A DNA stretch of 64,000 nt from an uncultured Solirubrobacteraceae bacterium (GTDB lineage Bacteria; Actinomycetota; Thermoleophilia; Solirubrobacterales; Solirubrobacteraceae). Each line of letters begins with the position of its first letter. Position 1 is the stretch's first letter. Shown here piece after piece: positions 39,784 through 52,370 of this stretch. The position numbers were made by a program, and so were the translations under genes. The stretch spans positions 440,635-504,634 of the forward strand of contig CAVXRF010000007.1 of assembly GCA_963764185.1 (NCBI GenBank), read 5' to 3'. The notes under the pieces are model-generated. The model searched no databases. It saw only the letters and a program-made list of their open reading frames with translations, and was not told the origin of the DNA.

Positions 39784-41276
39784 TGTCTTCTCCGGCTCCG
39801 ACAACCGATCCCGCCTTCCACCCCGAGGCCGGCGATCGCATAGAGCCCTACGTGTGGAAGATCGCGGGCGTGGTGATCCTCGGGATGATCATGTCGATCC
39901 TCGACACGACGATCGTCAACGTCGCGCTGCACACCCTGGGGCACGACCTGCACAGCTCGCTCGCCCAGATCCAGTGGGTGATCACCGGCTATCTGCTGTC
40001 GCTGGCCGCCGTCATCCCGATCACCGGCTGGGCGGCGCGCCGCTTTGGCGCAAAGCGCGTGTACATGACCTCGCTGGTCCTGTTCACGGTGGGCTCGGCA
40101 CTGTGTGCGATTGCCACGAGCACGACCGAGCTCGTGCTGTTCCGCGTCCTTCAGGGAGCGGGCGGCGGCATGATCATGCCCATCGCCCAGCTGATCATGG
40201 CTCAGGTCGCCGGTCCCAAGCGGATGGGCCGCGTGATGGGCATCGTGGCGATGCCGGCGATGCTCGGCGCCGATCCTCGGGCCGGTGGTCGGCGGCACGA
40301 TCCTCGAGAGCCTTCACTGGTCGTGGATCTTCCTCGTCAACGTCCCGATCGGGTTCATCGCCTTCTTCCTCGGCTGGCGGATCATCCCGCACACCGAATC
40401 AGGTGAGGCGGGGAGGCTTGACGTGGTCGGGCTGGCGCTGCTCTCGACCGCCTCGACAGCCGTCGTCTACGGGCTCTCACAGCTCGGCACGCAGCACCGA
40501 CCTGCTCGCCTCGGCCGTCGTCGTGCCGATCGCCGCGGGCCTCGTGCTCACCGCCGCCTTCTGCTGGCACGCCCTGCGCGTCGAGCGCCCGCTGCTGGAC
40601 GTCCGGCTGTACAAGAACCGCATCTTCGCGGCCGCGTCGTTCACGACCTTCGCGCTCGGCGCCGCGCTGTTCGGCGCGATGATCCTCGTGCCCCTCTACT
40701 ACCAGGAAGTCCGTCACGAGAGCCTGATCGCGACCGGTCTGCTGGTCGGGCCCGCAGGGCCTCGGCATGCTGGTCGCGATGCCGATCGCCGGTCGCCTGA
40801 CCGATCGCTTCGGCGGCGGGCGCGTGGCCCTCGGCGGCGTCTCGGTCCTGTGCCTCGAGCACGATTCCCCTTGCCTTCATCGGCCCGAGCACGTCGATCG
40901 TTGGGATCTCGGCGGTCCTGCTCGTGCGCGGGATCGGCATCGGCTTCTCGTTCATGCCGGCGATGACCACCGCGTTCGCCTCGCTGCGCCCCGACCAGCT
41001 CTCAGACGCGACGCCGCAGCTGAACGTGCTGCAGCGCATCGGCGGCGCGATCGGAACGGCGGTGCTGGCGGTCGTGCTGCAGCGCGCGAGCGGGCACGCG
41101 CCATCGGTCACCGCATCTCGCGCACGCCTTCGACACCGCCTACTGGTGGTCGTTCGCGATCGGCCGCGATCGGGCTGGTCCCATGCGTCGTGCTGCTGCG
41201 CGCCGAGAATCCTCGCGCGCGGCTCAGCCGCGCCGCCGCCAACGCCGAGTCGACCGTCGAGCCCCTCGGCGCCTAG
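39783..41276 (+). CDS. MFS drug efflux transporter, DHA2 (EmrB/QacA) family (indels)
   Basis: LDTTIVNVAL, WVITGYLL, GWAARRFGAKR, RVLQGAGGG, WIFLVNVPIG. Confidence 0.93.
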
Positions 41277-41288
41277 AGAGAACCTCCG

Positions 41289-41819
41289 ATGGCCAGCACC
41301 GACACGACCGACACCACCCAGCGCCCGGACGAGCTGACCGAGCTCGGCCTCCAGTTTCGCCGGGTGTTCCGAAGCCTCAGCCGCCTGCGCGGGCGCGATA
41401 CGCACCTGGCCGGCTCGGAGCTGAGCCACGCCCAGTTCGAGCTGCTGATCGAGCTCGACGAGCGCGGCGAGCTCTCGGCGGGGATCTCGCCGCCGCCGCG
41501 CGCCTGACGCCCGCGACGGTCACCCAGATGCTCGATCACCTGGCCGCGAGCGGCCACGTCGAAAGGGTTCGCTCCGACGACCGACCGCCGCGTGGTGGTC
41601 TCGCGCCTGACCCGCCAGGGCGCTTCAAAGATCGAGGCCAAGCGCGAGGCCTGGAAGAGCCGCTGGGATGAGGCCCTTCAGGGAGTCGGCGCGGAGGACC
41701 TGCGCGCCGCCACCCAGGTGCTCGCGCTGCTCGGCGACATGTTCGAGGACGCCTCGCCCGAGGAGGCCTGCGAGGGCCCCGCGACGGGCCCTGAATCCGG
41801 CTCGAAACCCCTTCGTTGA
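41289..41819 (+). CDS. MarR family regulator (indels)
   Basis: LSHAQFELLIEL, LTPATVTQMLDHL, DRRVVVSRLTRQG. Confidence 0.88.
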
Positions 41820-41842
41820 GGGGGTGGATGCCCGAATTCCTC

Positions 41843-41998
41843 TGCTATAGTCGGACCTGTGTCGCGGGTGGACGCTGACGTGTGAGCAGGGTCTATCCGC
41901 GTTGCAGCAAACCAAGATGGAGACCTCGAGCAGATAACGACGCGGAACGGTCCAGGGCAGACCATCTGCGCGCGTGGGCCCGGGGGGCCCATTTTTTT
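41843..41998 (+). promoter_or_regulatory. fusA promoter and candidate attenuator leader (extended -10, leaderless uORF, alternative stems)
   Basis: TGcTATAGT 41843-41851; GTG at 41859 opens MSRVDADV*; alternative pairings described in findings. Confidence 0.6.
41975..41998 (+). terminator. Intrinsic terminator upstream of fusA
   Basis: TGGGCCC-GGG-GGGCCCA followed by T7. Confidence 0.75.
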
Positions 41999-42077
41999 GC
42001 CCGAAAACGCTTGCATGACTCAAGCCTGCTTGAAAGGCGCCGTTCTCACACAACCCTCTCCCGACCCCACTCAACCG

Positions 42078-44188
42078 ATGCCACGTAAGTTCACCCTCGA
42101 AAACACCCGCAACATCGGGATCATGGCCCACATCGACGCCGGTAAGACGACGACGACCGAGCGCATCCTCTACTACACCGGGCGCACCTACAAGATCGGC
42201 GAGGTCCACGAGGGGGCCGCCGACGATGGACTGGATGGAGCAGGAGCAGGAGCGTGGCATCACGATCACCTCCGCCGCCACCACCGCGCAGTGGAAGGAC
42301 CACCGCATCAACATCATCGACACGCCCGGCCACGTCGACTTCACGGTCGAGGTCGAGCGCTCGCTGCGCGTGCTCGACGGCGCGATCGCGCTGTTCGACT
42401 CCGTCGCCGGCGTCGAGCCCCAGTCCGAGACGGTCTGGCGCCAGGCCGACAAGTACCACGTCCCGCGCATCGCCTACATCAACAAGATGGACCGCATCGG
42501 CGCCGACTTCGACAAGGGCGTGCAGACGATGATCGACCGCCTCGGCGCGCACCCGGTGCCGATCCAGCTGCCGATCGGCGCCGAGGGCGACTTCGAGGGC
42601 ATCATCGACCTGGTCGCGATGAAGGCGATCGTCTACAAGGACGAGCTCGGCACCGAACAGGAAGAGCTCGACATCCCCGAGAACCTCGCCGAAGCGGCCG
42701 CCGCCGCGCGCGAACACCTGCTCGAGGAGGTCTCCCACTACGACGACGGCCTGCTCGAGCTGATTCTCGAAGAAGCCGAGGTCCCCGAGGAGAGCGCTCA
42801 AGGCTCGCCATCCGCAAGGCGACGCTGTCGACCAAGCTGACCCCCGTGCTGTGCGGCTCCTCGTTCAAGAACAAGGGCGTGCAGCCGCTGCTCGACGCGG
42901 TCATCGACTACCTGCCCTCGCCGCTCGACGTCCCGCCGGTCGATCGGCACCGAACTGATCAAGGGCGAGGAGCAGGAGCGCGAGGTCATCCGCCACGCCG
43001 ACGACTCCGAGCCGTTCGCCGCGCTCGCCTTCAAGATCGCCGCCGACCCCTACGTCGGCAAGCTGACCTACTTCCGCGTCTACTCCGGCCACCTCGAGGC
43101 CGGCGCGCGCGTGCTCAACGTCGGCACCGGGCGGACCGAGCGGATCGGGCGCATCCTGATGATGCACGCCAACGAGCGCGAGGAGGTCTCCGAGGTCTAC
43201 GCCGGCGACATCGCCGCCGCGGTGGGCATCAAGCAGGTCATCACCGGCGACACGCTGGCGGCCCCCGACGCGCCGATCCACCTCGAGAACATCGTCTTCC
43301 CCGAGCCCGTCATCAAGGTGGCGGTCGAGCCCAAGACGAAGATCGACCAGGAGAAGATGTCGATCGCGCTGGGCCGCCTCGCCGAGGAGGACCCGACCTT
43401 CCAGGTGCGCACCAACGAAGAGACCGGCCAGACCGAGATCTCGGGCATGGGCGAGCTGCACCTCGAGGTGCTCGTCGACCGCATGAAGCGCGAGTTCGGG
43501 GTCGAAGCCAACGTCGGGCGCCCGCAGGTCTCCTACCGCGAGACGGTGCGCGGCTCGGTCGAGAAGATCGAAGGCAAGTTCGTGCGCCAGACCGGTGGCT
43601 CGGGCCAGTTCGGCGTGGTCTACATCGACCTCGAGCCGGCACCCGGCGAGGGCTTTGAGTTCGTCAACAAGATCAAGGGCGGCAACATCCCCTCCGAGTA
43701 CATCCCCGCGGTGCAAGCAAGGGCGTCGAAGAGGCGCTCGAGAACGGCGTCAAGGCCGGCTACCCGATGGTGGACATGCGCGTGACGCTCGACCGACGGC
43801 AAGTACCACGACGTCGACTCCTCGGAGATCGCCTTCAAGGTCGCCGGCTCGATCGCCTTCAAGGAGGCGGCCAGGCGCGCCAAGCCGGTGCTGCTCGAGC
43901 CGATCTTCGCGGTCGAGGTCGTCACGCCCGAGGACTTCCTCGGCGAGGTGATCGGCGATCTCAGCCGTCGCCGCGGCCGCGTCGAGGGTCAGGAGCGCCG
44001 CGGCAACGCGCTGGCGGTCACGGCCCGGGTGCCGCTGTCAGAGATGTTCGGCTACGCCACCGACCTGCGCTCCGAACACGCAGGGGCGCGCCACCCACAC
44101 GATGCAGTTCGAGGGCTACGAGGAGGTTCCCCCGAACATCGCCGAGAAGATCGTCGAGCAGCGGACCGGGGAGCCGGTCCCGGCCTAG
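42078..44188 (+). CDS. fusA: Elongation factor G (indels)
   Basis: [61 protein letters not shown]. Confidence 0.98.
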
Positions 44189-44330
44189 ACGGCCGCCGGG
44201 CCGGGCGTCGAAGACGCACAGCAGTACTGAGAGCAGCAGGCAGCAGTCACGGAGCGCTGCATTCAGATAGATTTCCCCGGTTCGCCCTCACAGAGGCGAA
44301 CATACAAGTCGATACAGGAGCGAACCAAAA

Positions 44331-45515
<1,185 letters not shown>

Positions 45516-45767
45516 CACCCGCCCCCGGGGGATCGTGGGGCGGCACACTGTTGGCAGTCCGATACGACTAAACAGCCCCGCCGATGAGGCGTGGGCGGTG
45601 GCGAAGGCGCCTGATCCCCCGAGGGGATCCGATCCTTCTGGCGCCGTCCTCGGGAGGGGTCCGGCGGGAGCCTCCCGCCGAGCCTCAGCGCGAGCAGGGC
45701 AGGACAGGACACAGGAAGACCAGACAACGCAGCATCACAGAAGACGAGAGAGAGACACCGGACACAC
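45516..45767 (+). promoter_or_regulatory. Structured tuf-rpsJ intergenic leader
   Basis: Hairpins at 45575-45596, 45606-45645 (enclosing 45613-45629) and 45662-45680, then a purine-rich tract. Confidence 0.5.
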
Positions 45768-46094
45768 ATGGCATCCGCCACCCAAAACAAGATACGCATC
45801 CGCCTGAAGGCCTATGACACCTCCGCCATCGAGTCGGCAGCGAAGGAGATCGTGGAGACGGCCACACGCACCGGCGCGACCGTGTCCGGCCCCGTTCCGC
45901 TGCCGACCGAGAAGAACGTCTACTGCGTGATCCGCTCGCCCTTCAAGGACAAGGACTCGCGCGAGCATTTCGAGATCCGCACGCACAAGCGCCTGATCGA
46001 CATCCACCAGCCGACGCCCAAGACGGTCGACTCCCTGCAGCGCCTGGATCACCTTCCGGCAGGCGTGGACATCGAGATTCGCCTGGCCACCTGA
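45768..46094 (+). CDS. rpsJ: 30S ribosomal protein S10
   Basis: [24 protein letters not shown]. Confidence 0.99.
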   Translation: MASATQNKIRIRLKAYDTSAIESAAKEIVETATRTGATVSGPVPLPTEKNVYCVIRSPFKDKDSREHFEIRTHKRLIDIHQPTPKTVDSLQRLDHLPAGVDIEIRLAT

Positions 46095-46159
46095 GCTCGA
46101 TCAGACCGCCGCCCTGAGACCTCCTTCGCACTGTTCAACCGAGACCTGCCACCGTCGAT

Positions 46160-46777
46160 ATGCCCGCCATCCTCGCCACAAAGCTCGGTATGACCCAGGT
46201 CTTCCAGGAGGATGGAAGCGTCGCCCGCGTGACCGTGCTGCAGGCCGGGCCGTGCCCGGTGACGGCGATCCGCACGCCTGAGCGCGACGGCTATGAAGCG
46301 GTGCAGCTGGCCTTCGGGCAGACCAAGGAGAAGCACATCTCAAAGCCCGAGCTCGGCCATCTGAAGAAGGCCGACGCGCCGCCGATGCGCCACCTGGCCG
46401 AGTTTCGCGGCGAGGCGGGCGAGCTGCAGCTCGGCGGCACCGTGACCGTCGAGTCCTTCGAGGTGGGCGCGCGCGTGAAGATCTCAGGCACCTCCAAGGG
46501 CAAGGGCTTTCAGGGAACGATCAAGCGCCACAACTTCGTCTCGGGCCCCAAGTCGCACGGTTCGCACAACGTCCGCGCCCCCGGCTCGATCGGAGCCTCG
46601 GCAACGCCCTCGCGCGTCTTCAAGGGCATCCGTGGCCCCGGGCAGATGGGCAACAAGCGCGTCACCCAGAAGGGCCTTGAGATCGTGGGCGTCGATCAGA
46701 AGGAGAACCTCCTGCTCGTGCGCGGCTCGGTGCCGGGTCCCAAAGGCGGCGTGGTGGAGGTGCGGACCGATGCCTGA
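46160..46777 (+). CDS. rplC: 50S ribosomal protein L3
   Basis: [26 protein letters not shown]. Confidence 0.99.
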   Translation: MPAILATKLGMTQVFQEDGSVARVTVLQAGPCPVTAIRTPERDGYEAVQLAFGQTKEKHISKPELGHLKKADAPPMRHLAEFRGEAGELQLGGTVTVESFEVGARVKISGTSKGKGFQGTIKRHNFVSGPKSHGSHNVRAPGSIGASATPSRVFKGIRGPGQMGNKRVTQKGLEIVGVDQKENLLLVRGSVPGPKGGVVEVRTDA

Positions 46778-47447
46778 CGCCCCGATTCTCGGCGGTGCCA
46801 CCGCTTCGAAGAAGGTGAAGCTCGACGATGACGCCTTCGGCGCCCGCTTCCTCGGTCCGCTCGTGCACCAGAGCGTGCGCGCCGAGCAGGCCGCCCGCCG
46901 GCGTGGAACGGCGGCCACCAAGACGCGTGGAATGGTCTCCGGCGGCGGTGCCAAGCCCTGGCGCCAGAAGGGCACCGGGCGCGCGCGCGCGGGCTCGAAC
47001 CGCTCTCCCATCTGGACCGGCGGCGGCACGGCGTTCGGGCCCAAACCGCGCTCCTACACCTTCAAGGTCAATCGCAAGGAGCAGCGCGCCGCACTGCGCA
47101 GTGCGCTCTCCCTGCACGCCGAGCGCGGCACGATCGCGATCCTCGACGCGGGGGCGTTCAAGGCGCCGAAGACGCGCCAGGCGCTCGATCTGCTCGAAGA
47201 CTGGAACCAGATCCGCCCGACGCTCGTGGTGCTCGCCCCCGAGGAGTCCCACGCCGCTCTGTCCTTCCGGAACCTCGACCGCGTCGCCGTGCTGCTATCA
47301 GAGAGCGTCGGCGTGACCGATCTGCTGGGCGCCGCCTCGCTGTTGGTCTCAGAGCCGGCCCTCGCGGCGCTGACCGCGCGCACGGCCCAGCGCTCGAAGA
47401 GCGGCGAGCCGGCCGATGCGGGCGCCGCCGAGGAGGCGAAGGCCTGA
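46770..47447 (+). CDS. rplD: 50S ribosomal protein L4
   Basis: [15 protein letters not shown]; ATG at 46770 overlapping the rplC end. Confidence 0.98.
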   Translation: MPDAPILGGATASKKVKLDDDAFGARFLGPLVHQSVRAEQAARRRGTAATKTRGMVSGGGAKPWRQKGTGRARAGSNRSPIWTGGGTAFGPKPRSYTFKVNRKEQRAALRSALSLHAERGTIAILDAGAFKAPKTRQALDLLEDWNQIRPTLVVLAPEESHAALSFRNLDRVAVLLSESVGVTDLLGAASLLVSEPALAALTARTAQRSKSGEPADAGAAEEAKA

Positions 47448-47743
47448 TGGACCACACGCAGGTGATCATCCGCCCGGTGGTGTCCGAGAAGACATACGTG
47501 CTGTCGGCCGCCGATCGCTACACCTTCCGCGTCCACCCCGACGCGCACAAGACGCAGATCCGCCAGGCCGTCGAGGCGCTGTTCGACGTTCACGTGGTCG
47601 AGGTGAGGACGATGAGCGTCAAGGCCAAGCCCAAGCGCCGAGGCATAACGAGCGGTCAGACGCGCACGTGGAAGAAGGCCATCGTGCAGCTGCGCGCCGG
47701 CGAACAGATCCCGATCTTCCAGGGCCTGGCGGCCCTCGACTAG
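47447..47743 (+). CDS. rplW: 50S ribosomal protein L23
   Basis: [15 protein letters not shown]. Confidence 0.98.
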   Translation: MDHTQVIIRPVVSEKTYVLSAADRYTFRVHPDAHKTQIRQAVEALFDVHVVEVRTMSVKAKPKRRGITSGQTRTWKKAIVQLRAGEQIPIFQGLAALD

Positions 47744-47754
47744 GAGCCTGAGCC

Positions 47755-48600
47755 ATGCCCATCCGCAAGCCCAAGCCCACCAGCCCGGGAAGGCGCTTCG
47801 TCTCCTACCCGGACTTCGCCGAGATCACCAAGACCGAGCCCGAGAAGACGCTCGTCGAAGGCCTCAAGAAGAGCGGCGGGCGAAACGCCCACGGGCGAAA
47901 GACCTCCCGCCATCGCGGCGGCGGCGCCAAGCGCGCCTACCGGCGGGTCGACTTCAAGCGGCGCAAGGACGGCGTCGACGCCAGGGTCGCCGCGATCGAG
48001 TACGACCCCAACCGCTCCTCCTACATCGCCCTGCTGCACTACGTGGACGGCGAGAAGCGCTACATCCTCGCGCCGCAGCGGTTGACGGTGGGCATGACGG
48101 TCGCCTCCGGAGAGAACGCCGACATCGCGGTGGGCAATTGCATGGAGCTCGCGCGCATGCCGGTCGGCACGGTCGTGCACAACGTCGAGCTGCAGCCGGG
48201 CCGCGGTGGCCAGATGGCGCGCTCCGCGGGCGCCTCGGTGCAGCTGATGGCCAAGGACGGCGAGATGGCGACGCTGCGGCTGCCCTCCGGGGAGATGCGC
48301 CTCGTGCGCGCCGAATGCCGGGCCACCGTGGGGACGATCGGCAACGCCGATCACCAGAACGTGAAGGTGGGCAAGGCCGGGCGCAAGCGCCACATGGGCG
48401 TGCGCCCGCAAACGCGCGGCGTTGCCATGAACCCGGTCGACCACCCGCACGGAGGCGGCGAGGGCTCGACGACGGCCGGGCGCCATCCGGTCACCCCCTG
48501 GGGCGTGCCAACGCTCGGCTACCGCACGCGCAAGAAGAACAAGGCCTCGGACTCCGCCATCGTGCGCGGGCGCAGGCGCGGAAAGGGCAAGCAGCGATGA
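47755..48600 (+). CDS. rplB: 50S ribosomal protein L2
   Basis: [25 protein letters not shown]. Confidence 0.99.
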   Translation: MPIRKPKPTSPGRRFVSYPDFAEITKTEPEKTLVEGLKKSGGRNAHGRKTSRHRGGGAKRAYRRVDFKRRKDGVDARVAAIEYDPNRSSYIALLHYVDGEKRYILAPQRLTVGMTVASGENADIAVGNCMELARMPVGTVVHNVELQPGRGGQMARSAGASVQLMAKDGEMATLRLPSGEMRLVRAECRATVGTIGNADHQNVKVGKAGRKRHMGVRPQTRGVAMNPVDHPHGGGEGSTTAGRHPVTPWGVPTLGYRTRKKNKASDSAIVRGRRRGKGKQR

Positions 48601-48869
48601 GTCGCTCGAGCAAGAAGGGACCGTGGGTTGAAGAGCGGCTGATGGGCCGCATCGAAGCCCTCAATGCCGAGAACAACAAGAAAATGCTGCGCACGTGGTC
48701 GCGCGCGTCGACGATCTTCCCGGAGATGGTGGGACACACGATCGCCGTGCACGACGGGCGCAAACACGTGCCGGTGTTCATCAGCGAGTCGATGGTCGGC
48801 CACAAGCTCGGCGAGTTCGCACCCACCCGCGTCTTTCGCGGTCACGCCGGCTCGGGGAGGGTCCGATGA
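48597..48869 (+). CDS. rpsS: 30S ribosomal protein S19
   Basis: [11 protein letters not shown]...TWSRASTI...[11 protein letters not shown]. Confidence 0.98.
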   Translation: MSRSSKKGPWVEERLMGRIEALNAENNKKMLRTWSRASTIFPEMVGHTIAVHDGRKHVPVFISESMVGHKLGEFAPTRVFRGHAGSGRVR

Positions 48870-49597
48870 GCGCCGATGACGAGACGACCGGGCCGCCGCC
48901 GCCGGACGGCGAGGGCGAGGAGCAGGCAAAAGCGCCCGCCAAAAAAGCTTCGAAAAAACCGGGTGCCAAAGTAAAAGCGGCCGCGAAAGCCGCCGCTGCC
49001 AAAAAACCGGCTGCGAAAAAAGCCGCCAAAAAACCGGCGCAGGCCAAGGGGGAGGCAGAGGCGAAAGAGCCCGCGGCCGCCAAACAGCCGAGCGCGGCCA
49101 AAGAGGAGGCGGCCGGCAAAGAGCCGGCGGCGGCAAAAGAGTCGAAAGCCGGCAAAGCGCCAGCCAAAGCGCCGGCGAAAGCCGAGCCGAAAGCGGCTGC
49201 TCGCGCGGGACGGGGCAGCAAAAAACGGGGCCCGCGACGCCGGGTCGTCCGCGCTCACGCCCGCTACGTGCGCACCTCCGCGCGCAAGGCCCGCATGGTG
49301 TGCGGACATCTGCGCGGCAAGTCCGTGCAGGAGGCACGCGCTATCCTCGCCTTCACCCCTCGTGATGTGGCACGCGACTGGAGCAAGCTGCTCGAGTCGG
49401 CGGTGGCGAACGCCGAGAGCAACCACGAGTTGCTCGAGGACGATCTCATCGTGCGTGAGGCATACGCCGACGAGGGGCCGACGCTGAAGCGCTTTCGCCC
49501 GCGCGCAATGGGACGCGCCGCGCCGATTCGCAAGCGTACGAGCCACCTGACGATCACGCTGACCCCGGGGCCCGAGCCGCGGACAACCAAGAAATAG
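48866..49597 (+). CDS. rplV: 50S ribosomal protein L22 with ~125-aa Lys/Ala/Pro-rich N-terminal extension
   Basis: Core [12 protein letters not shown]...SAVANAE...[11 protein letters not shown]...SHLTI; ATG at 48866 overlaps the rpsS stop. Confidence 0.97.
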   Translation: MSADDETTGPPPPDGEGEEQAKAPAKKASKKPGAKVKAAAKAAAAKKPAAKKAAKKPAQAKGEAEAKEPAAAKQPSAAKEEAAGKEPAAAKESKAGKAPAKAPAKAEPKAAARAGRGSKKRGPRRRVVRAHARYVRTSARKARMVCGHLRGKSVQEARAILAFTPRDVARDWSKLLESAVANAESNHELLEDDLIVREAYADEGPTLKRFRPRAMGRAAPIRKRTSHLTITLTPGPEPRTTKK

Positions 49598-49611
49598 AGC
49601 TGAGCTGAGAT

Positions 49612-50549
49612 ATGGGACAGAAGGTTCATCCAGAGGCCATGCGCGTGGGCTACATCCACGACTGGAAGTCGAACTGGTTCAACGAGAAGAACTTCGCCGA
49701 GTACCTCGCCGAGGACGTGCGCATCCGCGAGCACATCGTCGGCAAGCTCTCCCATGCCGGCCTCTCGGACATCACGATCCGCAAGGACGCCAACGAACTC
49801 GAGGTCAACATCCACACGGCCCGGCCGGGCATCGTGATCGGCAAGTCGGGCACCGAAGTGGATGCCCTGCGCCGCGATCTGCACCGCATGACCAGCAAGC
49901 AGATCAAGGTGAACATCCTCGAGATCAAGCGCCCCGAGCTCGACGCCAGGCTGGTGGCCCAGTCGATCGCAGAGCAGCTGCAGAACCGCGTGGCCTTCCG
50001 CCGTGCGATGAAGCGCGCGCTGACCAGCGCAATGCGCTCGGGCGCCAAGGGCGTGAAGGTGCAGGTTGCAGGGCGCCTGGGCGGCGCCGAGATGGCCCGC
50101 ACGGAAAGCTACTCGGATGGCCGCGTGCCGCTGCACACGATGCGCGCGGACATCGACTACGGCTTCCATGAGGCGCGGACGACCTTCGGGCGGATCGGCG
50201 TGAAGTGCTGGGTCAACAAGGGCGAGATCATGCCGGAGGGCTACACCGGCACGGATCTGACCGACATGACGGCGCCGGCGGCGCCCAGCTCCGAGCGCGA
50301 CGGCAGAGGCGGCCGCGAGGGCCGCGATGGTCGCGGCCGCGGACGCGGCGGAGGGGGCGGCGGAGGCGGCGGAGGCGGCGGGCGCGGACCCGGCGGAGGC
50401 GGCGGTGGCCGTGGTGGACCCGGTGGGTTCGGCGGCGGCGGCGGTGGTGGCCGAGGCGGCGGCGGTCGTGGACCCGGCGGCGGAGGCGGCGGCGGACGCG
50501 GCCCTCGTCCCGGTGGCGGCGGGCCTCCCAATGGCGGAGGTGGACGCTG

Positions 50550-50550
<1 letters not shown>
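49612..50550 (+). CDS. rpsC: 30S ribosomal protein S3 with Gly/Arg-rich C-terminal tail
   Basis: [23 protein letters not shown]; tail of GGGGRGPGG repeats. Confidence 0.99.
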
Positions 50551-50960
<410 letters not shown>

Positions 50961-50974
50961 GGGCCGGCGAGGAG

Positions 50975-51184
50975 ATGAAGGCCAGGGAGATACGGGACAT
51001 GGAGGAGGCAGAACTGGCCAAGCACGTGGCGACGCTGCGCAAAGACGTGTTCGGCCTGCGCTTTGCCAACGCCACCGGGGAGCTTGATGACACCGCCGGG
51101 ATGGGTCGCGCCAGGCGCGACCTCGCCCGCGCACTGACCGTCACGCGCGAGCGGGCATCCGCCCGGCGCGAGCAGAGCAACTGA
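50975..51184 (+). CDS. rpmC: 50S ribosomal protein L29
   Basis: LRFANATGEL...RRDLARALT; position in operon. Confidence 0.95.
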   Translation: MKAREIRDMEEAELAKHVATLRKDVFGLRFANATGELDDTAGMGRARRDLARALTVTRERASARREQSN

Positions 51185-51213
51185 GCTTTCAGAACAGGAC
51201 CAAGCGAACAGAC

Positions 51214-52005
51214 ATGGCTGACGAACCAGACAACGACAAAGTCGACGACGCCGAGGCACCACAGGCTCCCTCCGAGGAGGCTTCCGCGGCCCCTGAGACG
51301 GACGCGGCCCCTGACGCGGAGGCTCCCCAGGCAGGGGCACCCGCTGAGCCCGAGGCAGCCGCTGAGGCAGAGTCGGCCCCTGAGGCAGAGGCGGCCCCTG
51401 AGGCAGAGGCGGCCCCTGAGGCAGAGGCGGCCCCTGAGGCAGCGGCTCCCGAGGCCGAGACCGATGAGGCGCAGCCGGCCCCCGAGGCGGAGGCTCCGGC
51501 GGCCGCGACGGCAACCGCCGGTGAGCACGTCGAGCAGGTCTCCCCCAAGGAGCGCCGTCGCAGGGCCCGATCACAGCGCGCCGCGGGCCCGAGGCCGCCG
51601 CGAACGCCCGAGGAGCGCCACGCCGAGCGTGTCGCCGAGCGCCGCGTCAAGGCCGTGCGCCGCCGTGCGCGCCGCCTGCAGGAACGCGCCAAGGCAGCCG
51701 AGCGCCGTGCGGCGGCTCCCGCGCCCGAGCCGCTCGCGCCGGTGCACGCCCCCGTCGAAGGAACGCGCAGGGTGCGCCAGGGGATCGTGGTCTCCGACAA
51801 GGCCGAGAAGACGATCACGGTGCGCATCGACATCGCGCGGCGTCACCGCCGCTACGAGAAGATCGTGCGCAGCTCGAGCACTCTGCATGCGCACGACGAG
51901 AACAACGATGCCCACGAGGGCGACGTCGTGAGGGTGATCGAGAGCCGTCCGCTGTCGCGGAGCAAGCGCTGGAAGCTCGTCGACGTGGTGGAGCGGGCGA
52001 GATGA
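51214..52005 (+). CDS. rpsQ: 30S ribosomal protein S17 with ~180-aa N-terminal extension
   Basis: Core [16 protein letters not shown]...AHDENN...[11 protein letters not shown]; acidic repeats then Arg-rich segment in front. Confidence 0.97.
   Translation: MADEPDNDKVDDAEAPQAPSEEASAAPETDAAPDAEAPQAGAPAEPEAAAEAESAPEAEAAPEAEAAPEAEAAPEAAAPEAETDEAQPAPEAEAPAAATATAGEHVEQVSPKERRRRARSQRAAGPRPPRTPEERHAERVAERRVKAVRRRARRLQERAKAAERRAAAPAPEPLAPVHAPVEGTRRVRQGIVVSDKAEKTITVRIDIARRHRRYEKIVRSSSTLHAHDENNDAHEGDVVRVIESRPLSRSKRWKLVDVVERAR
51375..51442 (+). repeat. 18-bp tandem repeat (APEAEA) in the S17 extension
   Basis: GGCCCCTGAGGCAGAGGC x3 plus a partial copy. Confidence 0.85.
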
Positions 52006-52370
52006 TCCAGAACGAGACACGACTGCGGGTGGCCGACAACACCGGCGCGCGTGAGATTCTGTGCATCCGCGTGAAGGGCGGCTCACGGCGCCGCTACGCC
52101 TTCGTGGGGGACGTCATCACGGCGACCGTCAAGCAGGCCAACCCCCAGGGGGCCGTGAAAAAGGGCGACGTCGTGACGGCCGTGGTGGTGCGCACCAAAA
52201 AGCCGATCGGTCGCGACGACGGCACCTACATCGCCTTCGACGAGAACGCTGCCGTGATCATCGACGAGCAGAACAACCCGCGCGGGACGCGCGTGTTCGG
52301 GCCCGTGGCCCGCGAACTGCGTGACCGCAACTTCATGAAGATCGTCTCGCTTGCCCCGGAGGTGCTGTGA
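52002..52370 (+). CDS. rplN: 50S ribosomal protein L14
   Basis: [25 protein letters not shown]. Confidence 0.99.
   Translation: MIQNETRLRVADNTGAREILCIRVKGGSRRRYAFVGDVITATVKQANPQGAVKKGDVVTAVVVRTKKPIGRDDGTYIAFDENAAVIIDEQNNPRGTRVFGPVARELRDRNFMKIVSLAPEVL

Noticed and set aside
50320-50545. G-rich tract as a G-quadruplex regulatory element
   Set aside because: Explained by Gly codons of the S3 tail; mostly GG rather than GGG runs.
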